A stretch of 64,000 nucleotides of DNA from a virus. Position 1 is the first letter of the stretch. Each line of letters begins with the position of its first letter. Made by a program: the position numbers and the translations under genes. This document shows positions 20,437-29,917 of the stretch, piece after piece. The notes beneath the pieces were generated by a model. It was not told the origin of the DNA. It searched no databases and saw nothing but the letters and a program-made list of their open reading frames with translations. The stretch spans positions 1 through 64,000 of the IMG/VR virus record IMGVR_UViG_3300049435_000050. One strand, written 5' to 3'.

Positions 20437-21221
20437 TCAAAGTCCTCCCAAAGCGGCCTTACACCACTCACATAATCAGCGTGCATCTTATGATATTCAT
20501 CCCAAACTACCCCTGCTTGTTGTTGCTTAACTTGAGTATATGAGTTCTCTCCAGTATCTATATGAGAAATATCAATATGAGGTAAGTAACAATTCCAAAA
20601 ACCTGCCAGTTTTGACCGTAAATCATATATTGAATCATCAAAACCATAAACAGAAGATGGCTGAATCATGCCCCCTATTTTATCAATCAATCGCCAGTTA
20701 AACAGAGTGCATGTGCCCATGATTTGACCACCACCCTCAACTGTTATCCATCGTTGCCCTGCAACATGCGGTAAAGCTATATATTCCCCGTCAAACTCAA
20801 TATCCTTTCGCTTCAAACCAATAATACCAATGGTTGGGTCACGCTCAATAGCGGCTTCCATTTCTTCTACCCATCCTAATTGGTTTATAACTACGTCATT
20901 ATCAATTTTGCAGCAAAATTCTTCCGATTGTCTTAGCTTTAATCCCTGATTGATTGCTCTTGCAGTGCCTAAGTTTTCTGTGTTTGTAATGATATTAATT
21001 CCGTTAATCTTCCATCCGAAGTTTCCAGCAATATTTGTGTTACCTAATTCAAAATACCTTCTTAATAAACTTTTAGTCCGTTCGCAACTTCCATTATCGA
21101 CAATTATAAGCCTATGCTTATCCCAATTAACAGTTTGCGCTAATGACACTAATGTTTTTTCAGTGTATTCACTCCTGCCGTTTTCTTCGGTATCATATAC
21201 AGCACAAATTATCAGACTCAT
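20433..21221 (-). CDS. GT2-family glycosyltransferase
   Basis: 'IIVDNGS', 'NLGTARAINQG', 'KIDNDV', 'YGFDD'; likely start MSLII at 21221. Confidence 0.85.
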   Translation of the reverse strand: MSLIICAVYDTEENGRSEYTEKTLVSLAQTVNWDKHRLIIVDNGSCERTKSLLRRYFELGNTNIAGNFGWKINGINIITNTENLGTARAINQGLKLRQSEEFCCKIDNDVVINQLGWVEEMEAAIERDPTIGIIGLKRKDIEFDGEYIALPHVAGQRWITVEGGGQIMGTCTLFNWRLIDKIGGMIQPSSVYGFDDSIYDLRSKLAGFWNCYLPHIDISHIDTGENSYTQVKQQQAGVVWDEYHKMHADYVSGVRPLWEDFE

Positions 21222-21517
21222 ACTTGCTCCTCCAACCACTTCTGTATTTTAGCAGTGTTATCCTGCAATTCAGCCAATGTCCGGTTCGGTAAAGTAGCAG
21301 CAAGCTTGGCACATTCAAACCGGGATGGCGCTATTTTCCATGGTTGTTCGTTGAATTTTTTGAACATTTCCTGTAACTCTTTATCGCCCCCGTCTTTGAT
21401 TAAGTTTTCGGTGATTTGGTTTGGCGATACAGAATCACCGGATAATTGATACTCTTTTTTTTCTCGCTCTGTAATCATGCGGATGTTATTGCTAATATCA
21501 GGGTTGAATATATTCAT
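21218..21517 (-). CDS. Hypothetical protein
   Basis: 99 aa; ATGA overlap with the GT2 gene. Confidence 0.6.
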   Translation of the reverse strand: MNIFNPDISNNIRMITEREKKEYQLSGDSVSPNQITENLIKDGGDKELQEMFKKFNEQPWKIAPSRFECAKLAATLPNRTLAELQDNTAKIQKWLEEQV

Positions 21518-21751
21518 TTGATAAAAAATAAGCCCGCCAGCCTAAAGTGAAGATAGCGCAAGCAAATCCTAACAATGAAGTGGCTGACGGGAAGTTTTTA
21601 ATATTTTGTTTCATTGTCGTTTTAAATTTGCTTGCTGCTGTAAATATACAAACTTATTTGGCACTTTACCAAATAAAATTTAAGCCTAATTTTAAGCCAT
21701 GTAATCAATTTTTATATTTTTTGGTATATAGATACCATTTTGAAATAATAA

Positions 21752-21943
21752 TCAATTAGGTGGGCTAAAATAGTCCTCTAATCGCTTAAACCTTGTGTAG
21801 CAATCACTCAACTCAAAGTGTTGTTGCTGGTCTATCAATTCTTTTATCAGTTCTACCATGGATACTCCTGACTTATTGGTAACGCTGTACCATACTCCGG
21901 TTGGCACTTGCTGCAGCTTATTTATGGTTTCTGTTGTGGTCAT
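21752..21943 (-). CDS. Hypothetical protein
   Basis: 63 aa; follows primase-helicase. Confidence 0.6.
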   Translation of the reverse strand: MTTTETINKLQQVPTGVWYSVTNKSGVSMVELIKELIDQQQHFELSDCYTRFKRLEDYFSPPN

Positions 21944-21954
21944 AGGGTTATGGT

Positions 21955-23952
21955 TTAAAATGGTGGATTATCGTCTGATTGCATTGGTGCATAATCATAA
22001 TTATAATTTGGCTGTAAGGCTCTTTCTCTAACCGTTTCAGTAATATCAATTTTACCTTGTACTGGCTTTGACTTTACTCTGTGATACTCTACTATTGGAT
22101 TAAATCCAGGCTCCATTAAGTCACGATTCTCAGATGTTTCAAAGCCAGTTAAATGGTTTATCATTCTCAAATCTACAGGTTTATTTATCCAAGTTACATT
22201 ACCCCCTGTTTCTGTTTCCTTTACTTTCCTAACGTGAATTTCAGTAAACATCCACGCCTTTTCATTTTGTGTAACTCGGTGGATGGTTAAAAACTCATCT
22301 GCCTTATTTGCGAACATTACCCCCATTTCGGTATCTTCCTTTTGTGGGGCCATTGTAAATCCATCCTTACCTTTGTTCCTTGCACCAACTGTACCTACAT
22401 GACAGTTCAGGTAAATTGATAAGTTGTTATTCTTGCAGTAAAGCTGTATAACGCTTGCGGCCTCGTAATGATAGTCATACCCGCTTTGCTTTGACTTTAT
22501 CGGTATATCAATCTTCAATGAGTTATACGGGTCGATCATAAGCCCATTATATTTTTTCTTCCTCATTGCTTTTGTGGTCATATTCAATATTTCATTATAA
22601 TTAAAAAGCTTATCACCGCATTTAATAATGTCGAAATGATCTTTTACAAACTGCTTTGCTTTGATATATTTTTCCTGACTCATGGTATTAATCGGTTCAC
22701 ACCAATAAAATTCTATCAGTTTTCTTATCACACCGCCAACTCTATTTTCAGAACTAAATATCAGCCACTTCCAATCATGGAATATGGCAGAAAGCATTTC
22801 AAGATACCAAATTACACTGGATTTACCCACATTGTCAAGACCGTTTATGATGACCAAATTACCCTCTTTGAAAAGGAAATGCTTGTCAAGTGTAGGTATA
22901 CCGGTACTTTTACCCAGTTCAAAACTTCCATTTCGCCATGCATCAAGGTAACCGTCATAGTCGTCCTCTGTGGCAAGAAACGACGTATCATCATCTGACA
23001 TATCAATCCGACTTGGTATCACTATGTCGTTATCGCGTTGGTTCTCTATCCTATCACCATATCCCTCATCGTAAAGCATCTTAGGTACTTTATTCCAATC
23101 ACCATCGCATTTTAGCACTCCGTACACTGCATACGGCTGGTATGGTGTCTGGGCCTCAAATTCTGTTGATGTTGAGAAAACACTAAACCATTTAAGTTCC
23201 TCATCATAATTACCTGAACTATCAGCTTTGGTATCACCCGGCCTACGCATCAAAATCTTTGATCCTTTTCTTCCAACGGCAGTCCATCCATATTCCTCAA
23301 GCAATGCTACAACATCACCACGCTCATTAAAATCTTCTGTAGGCTTTAATCCCTTGGTCTGTTTCTTTTGCTCTACAATTGGTGGTTTAAACTCTTTTTG
23401 AACCTCATTGAAACTGTATGCGATGTTTAGCAGAGTCTCCCGTTCCTGAACGGTAATGGTGGGTATGTTATCGAAAGTACCGTTAATCAGTTCATACCCA
23501 GGTGTGGGGAAGCAGGCTATATACCCACCATTACCACGTGTCTCAAATAAAACTTTTATCTTTTCACCTACTTTCTGCTCTGCTTCGTTAGCATAGCGCT
23601 GCGCAAGTTTTTTATTCCCATCAATAATTTCACAACGGTAGATTAGGTGATATCCTCCGCTTGTTGTTTTCTGAACTACTAAACGTTGTAATAGCCCCGG
23701 ACAAACTTTGATAACAGTTTTTTGATATTCACTAAAAAGTTTTCCTGTAAGGTCATATTTCAAGTCTATGTCGATAGCCTCAAGGTTTCCGCTGATACTT
23801 CCGCAAACTATACCTACCCCGTAACACTGACTTAAATCATGCCTAAGTGTGGACTGTTCCCATTGTTTAACAATTGGGACTTTCTTTTCGTTTATTGGAA
23901 TAACCTGTACCCCAACTGTATTTTGAAGTTGTGAGTAGCTAATCATTTCCAT
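21955..23952 (-). CDS. Bifunctional primase/polymerase (Prim-Pol) fused to SF4 DnaB-like helicase
   Basis: 'AIDID', 'TTSGGYHL', 'ETRGNGGY'; Walker A 'GLDNVGKS', Walker B 'LMIDPYN', 'HVRKVK'. Confidence 0.9.
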   Translation of the reverse strand: MEMISYSQLQNTVGVQVIPINEKKVPIVKQWEQSTLRHDLSQCYGVGIVCGSISGNLEAIDIDLKYDLTGKLFSEYQKTVIKVCPGLLQRLVVQKTTSGGYHLIYRCEIIDGNKKLAQRYANEAEQKVGEKIKVLFETRGNGGYIACFPTPGYELINGTFDNIPTITVQERETLLNIAYSFNEVQKEFKPPIVEQKKQTKGLKPTEDFNERGDVVALLEEYGWTAVGRKGSKILMRRPGDTKADSSGNYDEELKWFSVFSTSTEFEAQTPYQPYAVYGVLKCDGDWNKVPKMLYDEGYGDRIENQRDNDIVIPSRIDMSDDDTSFLATEDDYDGYLDAWRNGSFELGKSTGIPTLDKHFLFKEGNLVIINGLDNVGKSSVIWYLEMLSAIFHDWKWLIFSSENRVGGVIRKLIEFYWCEPINTMSQEKYIKAKQFVKDHFDIIKCGDKLFNYNEILNMTTKAMRKKKYNGLMIDPYNSLKIDIPIKSKQSGYDYHYEAASVIQLYCKNNNLSIYLNCHVGTVGARNKGKDGFTMAPQKEDTEMGVMFANKADEFLTIHRVTQNEKAWMFTEIHVRKVKETETGGNVTWINKPVDLRMINHLTGFETSENRDLMEPGFNPIVEYHRVKSKPVQGKIDITETVRERALQPNYNYDYAPMQSDDNPPF

Positions 23953-24712
23953 AAACAGATTTTACTTTTCTACTTGGTTCATTTCCGTATGTTTCTAAAT
24001 TAATTCTATTCTGCTCGTCAGTTATTTTATGGCTAAAAGGTATTTCAATAATAATTTCATCCAACCAACCTTTATTATTAATAAATGTTGTTGGATCTTT
24101 ACGAAATTTTTTATTAGGCTGACTAATTTTATAATTAGGAATATAATCCATAATTAATAAACGTTCTATGTCTGATAGTTTTCTCCATTTTTCTTTTGAT
24201 TTTTCTAAACCAACCTTCTTATCGTAAGCATCCCAAAACATATCAAAATCGACATTAATTACTTTATTTAATTCCTTTACATTATTGTATGTGGTGCTAA
24301 TGGTGTCCACTTGATGTTCTCCCGTTGGTCTTTTGCTTGGTAAATTAGATTGATAACTATCATAATTACAGATAGTTATCATGGTCATTTTGCTGGTCGT
24401 TTTGATGGTCAACATTTGATCTAAGTGTAACGAGTTGAGAAAACGTCTTACGGTATTCCTATCCCACTTCCAATCTCTGCATAAACGTTCTTGAGATGTC
24501 AATACCTGTCCCCTTTCGATAGGTATTAAATCATAACCTATAGCTTCTTTTTTACCATTATGACTTGCCATAATAAGTAAGTCTAACCAGGCCTCAAGTT
24601 TTGTTCTCTTGCGATTTTGTTCGTATAGCCAATGATTTTTAATAGACCTGAATATTTTTATATATCCAGTTTTATAATTTTGTTCAGGTTCCGACAGTAT
24701 AAAGTCTTCCAT
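23939..24712 (-). CDS. Phage replication initiator / replisome organiser (lambda O-like)
   Basis: 'GYIKIFRSI..HW', 'ERGQVLTS..L...WKW', 'TMITICNYDSYQ', 'FDMFWDAYDKKVG', 'PTTFIN..W.DE'. Confidence 0.8.
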   Translation of the reverse strand: MEDFILSEPEQNYKTGYIKIFRSIKNHWLYEQNRKRTKLEAWLDLLIMASHNGKKEAIGYDLIPIERGQVLTSQERLCRDWKWDRNTVRRFLNSLHLDQMLTIKTTSKMTMITICNYDSYQSNLPSKRPTGEHQVDTISTTYNNVKELNKVINVDFDMFWDAYDKKVGLEKSKEKWRKLSDIERLLIMDYIPNYKISQPNKKFRKDPTTFINNKGWLDEIIIEIPFSHKITDEQNRINLETYGNEPSRKVKSVYGND

Positions 24713-24747
24713 TTTACCAAAAGTCAAAAGTGTAAAGCCAAAAAAGA

Positions 24748-24921
24748 TTATGCTACTTCCTTGAAAGTAGATTTATCAATAAATTCTTTACCTAAGAATT
24801 TAACCTTTTTTAGTCTTCCATCTTTAACCCAATTGAAAACTGTTTGACGGGTAACATCCATAAGAACAGCGTAGTCATTAACTGTCATAAGGTTACTTGT
24901 GATGATTTTAGTTGTTTCCAT
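24748..24921 (-). CDS. Excisionase/Cro-like HTH protein (57 aa)
   Basis: METTKIITSNLMTVNDYAVLMDVTRQTVFNWVKDGRLK..; TACATTTG promoter element at 24926-24933 on minus strand. Confidence 0.75.
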   Translation of the reverse strand: METTKIITSNLMTVNDYAVLMDVTRQTVFNWVKDGRLKKVKFLGKEFIDKSTFKEVA

Positions 24922-25055
24922 AATTCAAATGTAAATACAATTTGTCATAATGTCAAGTGTGTTGATAAAAAAATAACCGAGACACCACATCCCGGTTATA
25001 ATACCAACATCGTTAAGAAAGACTACGGCATCAAAGGTAGTAATTTTTATTATTA

Positions 25056-25514
25056 CTAAAACTTTAATTCCACATCCTCATTAGGGAGTGGTAGCTGTAG
25101 TCCCAGGAAATCATTCGCCCACAGCCTTATTTGTTCCGTAAACTCGTTAAACTCAATAGTTGAAAGGTTAGTGGTACTTCGGTAGGTCTTTAAAACTTCA
25201 CCAGTTGACTTGTCAGCCATTATATCCCCATTCTTATCCACTGCATCCACCGAAAGAAATTTGTGCCTTAAAACCTCTTTAATAGCGTTAGGTTCTATAC
25301 CAGTTTCTTCGGCTATCTCGTTGATATACCAGTGCAACACCGAATTTTGCTTCAAACTACGGGGCTTCCTTCGTGTTTTAATCTCCACAGTTACCTTGGC
25401 CCCGTCATCGAAAGATAACCTCAACTCCCGATAAACGTACCTATCATTGGGAAAATTAAAGGTAGTGTCATCACCGGTGTGCACTATAACCCCGTCAAAC
25501 TTGCGCGTTGGCAT
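25056..25514 (-). CDS. NinB-like recombination protein
   Basis: 'RSLKQNSVLHWYINEIAEETG', 'STTNLSTIEFNEF.EQI..WA...G..LP.P'; likely start MPTRK at 25514. Confidence 0.7.
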   Translation of the reverse strand: MPTRKFDGVIVHTGDDTTFNFPNDRYVYRELRLSFDDGAKVTVEIKTRRKPRSLKQNSVLHWYINEIAEETGIEPNAIKEVLRHKFLSVDAVDKNGDIMADKSTGEVLKTYRSTTNLSTIEFNEFTEQIRLWANDFLGLQLPLPNEDVELKF

Positions 25515-26214
25515 AGCTAAAAATATTATGTGAATGAAGTTTAAAGCGATTTTCTTGGTCATTGAAAATATCCATATCCAATTCACAACCGTAAAAATCA
25601 AAACCAAGCAGGTCACAAGCAATACGAATAGACCCTGACCCTAAATGTGTATCAAGTATCTTATCACCCTTATTTGCATACCGTTTTAAAAGTTCCCCGT
25701 AAACAGGAATTGGTTTTTGATTAGGATGTATACGTTTTTCGTTTAACTTCTTATTCCCTTGCTGAATACGGTTATTAATTTGATAACCCTGTATCATTCC
25801 ATTCCATAAAAACTCAAAATAATCAATCTTATTAGTTAGTGATGTCCACATAATTTGACATGCCGAAAAATCATTGTCTCTAAGTAAATTCCAAACTATT
25901 CTACCTGCAGATATTGATTTTTGATCGAAGTTTAAATAGTTTTCGCACATTATTATTTGGTGTTTACTCACTCTGAATAACTCATTATAATATTTTTGGT
26001 CAGGTGGATAGTTATCCCAATCCTTAATACGATGCTTGGCATTATGAGCTATCATAGTCCCGTTTTTCTGCTTTACATGTGTTGGTCTTGTAGCGTGCTT
26101 TTTATCTTCACCCTGACCTGTTTGCGGATCAACAATTGCTAAGTCAAAATATTTATCAGGAAATTTCCCCATAAATATCATATTATCGATTTGTTCAGTT
26201 TGACTTACGGGCAT
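25495..26214 (-). CDS. DNA amino-methyltransferase (N6-A/N4-C, beta class)
   Basis: 'FDLAIVDPQ' (variant of DPPY), 'HPNQKP', 'ILDTHLGSGS'. Confidence 0.8.
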   Translation of the reverse strand: MPVSQTEQIDNMIFMGKFPDKYFDLAIVDPQTGQGEDKKHATRPTHVKQKNGTMIAHNAKHRIKDWDNYPPDQKYYNELFRVSKHQIIMCENYLNFDQKSISAGRIVWNLLRDNDFSACQIMWTSLTNKIDYFEFLWNGMIQGYQINNRIQQGNKKLNEKRIHPNQKPIPVYGELLKRYANKGDKILDTHLGSGSIRIACDLLGFDFYGCELDMDIFNDQENRFKLHSHNIFSYANAQV

Positions 26215-26404
26215 AAAATTCTTTCATTGAGTAATACACTTTTACTTTTCCCTCTACTATAAGTTGGTTGATCCTATCAGTGAACAAGGTTTCCTGTGCC
26301 CCCTTACGATAGGTATATTGCTTCTTTGTCTTGACAATACTATTTACCTTATGCTCGTGCTTATGTTCATCATATTCCAGGCTATCACAGTATGGATTTT
26401 TCAT
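26195..26404 (-). CDS. Hypothetical protein
   Basis: 69 aa in operon. Confidence 0.5.
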   Translation of the reverse strand: MKNPYCDSLEYDEHKHEHKVNSIVKTKKQYTYRKGAQETLFTDRINQLIVEGKVKVYYSMKEFYARKSN

Positions 26405-26587
26405 TTTAATGTCAGCTTAATATACTCCCAGTGGTGAATAACCAACTCCAATGCCACCGTAATCAAGGCCCCGAACAGTAGTGAAGCCAATACAGCAGGC
26501 CAGTGGTGTTTTATTAAGTCAAACACATATAACACCACCACAATAAGGATCAATACCCAAACCTTAACTTTATTTTTCATCTTTACT

Positions 26588-26776
26588 TCATTTACGCATA
26601 TTAAATTCTAAAGCATCCTTCTCTGCTTGTACCCGAAACAGCACACAGTACCCATTCTTAGCGTGATCACAACTCTGGCACTCATTCACCTTCACATACT
26701 TGTCACACACTTCGCACAGCCGATTATTATTCCGGTTATCAATTATAGCATCAAGGTAATCTTCGTAGTCACTCAT
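26588..26776 (-). CDS. Small Cys-rich (zinc-finger-like) protein
   Basis: CEVC..CQSC..C; ATGA overlap. Confidence 0.55.
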   Translation of the reverse strand: MSDYEDYLDAIIDNRNNNRLCEVCDKYVKVNECQSCDHAKNGYCVLFRVQAEKDALEFNMRK

Positions 26777-27138
26777 ATTAATTCAATATCTCTTTTAATA
26801 ATACTCGTCTTTACGTGGTTTAACCTGTACCAACCTCTCTTTTCAAGTTTTGTTATCATCTTGCTTTCGGTAAATCTTTTAATTATCTTAAACATAGAAC
26901 CCCGTGACACATTTACATTACCCAAAACAAAACTCCTAAACTCCTCATCTATAAAAATCCTATTAGTCCTGTTCATATTCAGTATCATTAAATACAAGAT
27001 ATGCTCCGCCTTAAACAAAGTCCTTGCCTTTTCGCTTAAACATATATTCTTAATATCCATAAAGGTATTATCCTTTATTTCAATAACAAAACCCTTAGAG
27101 TCATCACTAACATTGTTAAAACCTCTTTCCATATTCAT
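26773..27138 (-). CDS. RepL-like winged-helix protein
   Basis: C-terminal 'VSRGSMFKIIKRF....MITKLEKRGWYRLN'. Confidence 0.5.
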   Translation of the reverse strand: MNMERGFNNVSDDSKGFVIEIKDNTFMDIKNICLSEKARTLFKAEHILYLMILNMNRTNRIFIDEEFRSFVLGNVNVSRGSMFKIIKRFTESKMITKLEKRGWYRLNHVKTSIIKRDIELI

Positions 27139-27571
27139 TGTACTTTTTTAAAAGTTTAATTTGGGTTTCCTTATCACCGATATAAAAGAACCGAGGGTTT
27201 ATCATATACCCATTCCCCGATATTTTCTTCATCAACTTACCTGCACAGAAATGTTTTATATACTTCATTATCATAGCTGGCTTAAGTTTTAAATATTCAC
27301 CTATAGCCGATTTACAAACATGACCTATATCAACAGTACAGTCCTGCCATATAGTTCTTTGCAAAAGAAAGTAAAATACCACAAACTGCTTACCAAGACT
27401 CTCCAACGGCTTTATTTCAACCTCATGATCAACAACCATCATCTTAAACCAGTTCCCAAGATCAAAAACAGTTATCTCTAAGAAATCCTCCACTTCCCTT
27501 ATTTCCCCACTATCTGTATCAACCCCCTCTCTTATAATCGGTATCTTTTTTACTCTTGCCTTCATAACCAT
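27116..27571 (-). CDS. RepL-like plasmid replication/maintenance protein
   Basis: 'VDTDSGEI' N-terminus; 'MKKISGNGYMINPRFFYIG' C-terminus. Confidence 0.65.
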   Translation of the reverse strand: MVMKARVKKIPIIREGVDTDSGEIREVEDFLEITVFDLGNWFKMMVVDHEVEIKPLESLGKQFVVFYFLLQRTIWQDCTVDIGHVCKSAIGEYLKLKPAMIMKYIKHFCAGKLMKKISGNGYMINPRFFYIGDKETQIKLLKKYNEYGKRF

Positions 27572-27611
27572 ACTACAAATATAATACTTAGTCTATAATA
27601 ATGCAAATACT

Positions 27612-27672
27612 TTACACGATTAATACAAGTTAATTACACGATTAGTACAACATTTTTACACGATTAGTACAA
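27612..27672. repeat. Three 17-bp direct repeats at 22-bp period (iteron/operator-like)
   Basis: TTACACGATTARTACAA at 27612, 27634, 27656. Confidence 0.9.
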
Positions 27673-28015
27673 GGTATTTTCCTATATTCCTTGTTTAAAC
27701 ACTACTGAACACATTTTATACACTTTTTTACTCTTATCTATTATTATACAAGTCACTTTTATATGCCATTATAATAGCCTATATACACACATATTTTAAA
27801 ACATCCTATACAACTTTTTAGTTGGGGTGTACATCGGTTTATTTTGTCTCATATTGCTTTTCAGTAGGGGTAGCCCCCCTCCCTGGCCACCCCATGATCA
27901 AGGTACAAAAACGGCTTTACTGTAACCGGGTATCCCCAAATAAAAAGTAAAATAATTGTTAAGATAAATAGTTAAAGTTTTTTCTTTACTATTGTGTAAA
28001 CAAAGCTATTTCATT

Positions 28016-28360
28016 ATGACAGTTAATGATAAACTCTTAGCTGTATCTCAGTTCTATTGTACACCAATACCCAAAATTAAGCGGTTCATTCCTGAGCATC
28101 CAAAAGTTAAACCATTCACAGCATTTAGATGGCTTATAGTCATATCATGTAACCCTGGCTTAACTAAAACAGGTTTACACACTGTTTATCATACCCATAT
28201 TGATACCCTTAATTCAACAGTTAACAGGTTGTTAGAGCTTGGATTTATTAAACAATCTAATAGTCCCTACTTCGTTGTTCCATTAAATAAATACCGTGTC
28301 TTAAAGGTCTATACCATTACGCAAAACGGTTCAAAAGTGCTGTCACAGTTGCTTGGATAA
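28016..28360 (+). CDS. MarR-like winged-helix protein
   Basis: 'TLNSTVNRLLELGFIKQ...YTITQNG..VL'. Confidence 0.65.
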   Translation: MTVNDKLLAVSQFYCTPIPKIKRFIPEHPKVKPFTAFRWLIVISCNPGLTKTGLHTVYHTHIDTLNSTVNRLLELGFIKQSNSPYFVVPLNKYRVLKVYTITQNGSKVLSQLLG

Positions 28361-28585
28361 GGGATAAACTACCACTACTAAAGTTGTAAACTCTATTTGC
28401 GTGTTACAAAGAGTAACCAAAGAGTTACAAATAATTATCACTACTAAAGATAAGCATAGAGTATAGAATGTTCCGCTATCGCTACACGAGCCTTCGGCAG
28501 ATAGGAATAGTGTTAGTGTTCGCTATGCTCACAGGTGCTTATATCCCGCTTTAACCCATTACCTTTATGAGGTAACCTAAATGAT

Positions 28586-28942
28586 ATGCGTAAACGCCTA
28601 ATAACTATTATCACAGCAATAGGATTAACAGTATTTATATTAATTGGAGTATTTGAGCGTGATGTAGCCGGATATTTTAACAGGCATGCTAAGTATAACC
28701 ATTATAAGCGTTTGAAATGGTCAGTGCTTGTTAAGGTTATCAATAACGCAAAGGTTGATAGTTTTAGAACAACAGCCATAATTTCAAAGGATAGTGTTGT
28801 TTCGGTGCTTATGGCGAATAACGCGCTGTTATCAACTAATGACTTTAAGACGGTGCATAAATGTGATGCCTCTGATAACTGCGTTGTAGAGGCTAAAAAT
28901 GGCATTAAATACAATATTTATCTTATATCAGTGATAAAATAG
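28586..28942 (+). CDS. Membrane-anchored passenger protein
   Basis: N-terminal hydrophobic segment; lies inside the IS ends. Confidence 0.65.
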   Translation: MRKRLITIITAIGLTVFILIGVFERDVAGYFNRHAKYNHYKRLKWSVLVKVINNAKVDSFRTTAIISKDSVVSVLMANNALLSTNDFKTVHKCDASDNCVVEAKNGIKYNIYLISVIK

Positions 28943-29160
28943 CAACATAAAAAGCAAATGATTTCTAATCATTATGTTTACTACGGATTAAAAGAATGGT
29001 TTACAGGAAAAAATGAGCCAAAAGAGGAATATATAACCCCAGAGCTAACAACTGTTAGTGAGGCGAAAGATTTACTTTAAGCATAAAAAAACCGTCTTAC
29101 TTTGGAGCTTGGACACTTTAAGAGATGACGGTTTTTAAAAGTCAGTTTTGAAATAACTTA

Positions 29161-29231
29161 GGGGAGTCCGGGAAGGCTACGGAGGACTTGACATTCATCG
29201 TAGATGGGTTCGACACCCATACTCTCCACCA
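29161..29231 (+). ncRNA. tRNA-like RNA with G3-U70 acceptor, T-arm and encoded CCA; non-canonical D/anticodon arms
   Basis: GGGGAGT/ACTCTCC 7-bp stem + ACCA; T-arm ATGGG-TTCGACA-CCCAT. Confidence 0.65.
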
Positions 29232-29296
29232 TTACTTACTTCAAAGGTAAGTAATTATTAAGAATAATCAAGAATTATTGATAAATACTTACCATT

Positions 29297-29851
29297 ATGC
29301 AACCTTTAGGCAAATCACTTCCTTTCCGCACCATTAACGATGTAGCTATCCATTTCCAGGAACAAAGCACTTGTATTGAGTATTTAACTCAATTACGTTG
29401 GAACGGCACAGTTAAATGTGCGTTCTGCGGCCACGATCATGTTTATGAGTTGAAAGGCGCTAACAAGCGTTATAAGTGCGCCAAATGCCGGAAACACTTT
29501 AGTGCTATCAAGGGAACGATCTTTGAAAACAGCACTGTACCACTGGCTAAATGGTTTATGGCAATATTCATACTGTCTACACACCGTAAAGGTATCTCCA
29601 GTGTGCAGGTTGCGCGGGATATTGGTGTTACTCAAAAGTCTGCATGGTTTATGATGCAAAGGGTAAGGAACGCATTTAAAATGCAGTCCTTTACTTATGG
29701 CAAATTAGGGGCCAGCACCACTGTAGAAGTAGATGAAAGTTATATTCAAGGCAAACCATCCAACATGCACAAGAAGAAACGGCAAAGCATCGAGGTACTC
29801 AATTTCCCCTACCTTTTCAAATGCTTTGATAGCTATTTCAATGCGCTCTAA
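29297..29851 (+). pseudogene. IS1595-family transposase, C-terminally truncated
   Basis: Zn ribbon CAFC..YKCAKC, 'GTIFENS..PL.KW', 'KGISS.Q.ARDIGVTQKSAW', 'VEVDESY'; breaks after 'NMHKKKR', remainder of DDE domain missing. Confidence 0.9.
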
Positions 29852-29917
29852 CTGTATTTTTAGCCGTACCCTGCGTAGTTTTAATTGTGCTAAAACTTGT
29901 GCATCTGTTAGTTCCAT
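29705..29917 (-). pseudogene. Truncated convergent passenger gene fused into the transposase antisense strand
   Basis: MELTDAQVLAQLKLRR.. reads across the deletion junction near 29783. Confidence 0.55.

Noticed and set aside
29161-29231. Canonical tRNA-Val(GAC) or tRNA-Ser(UGA)
   Set aside because: No standard U8/D-arm, no clean 5-bp anticodon stem and no Ser variable arm; reported as tRNA-like instead
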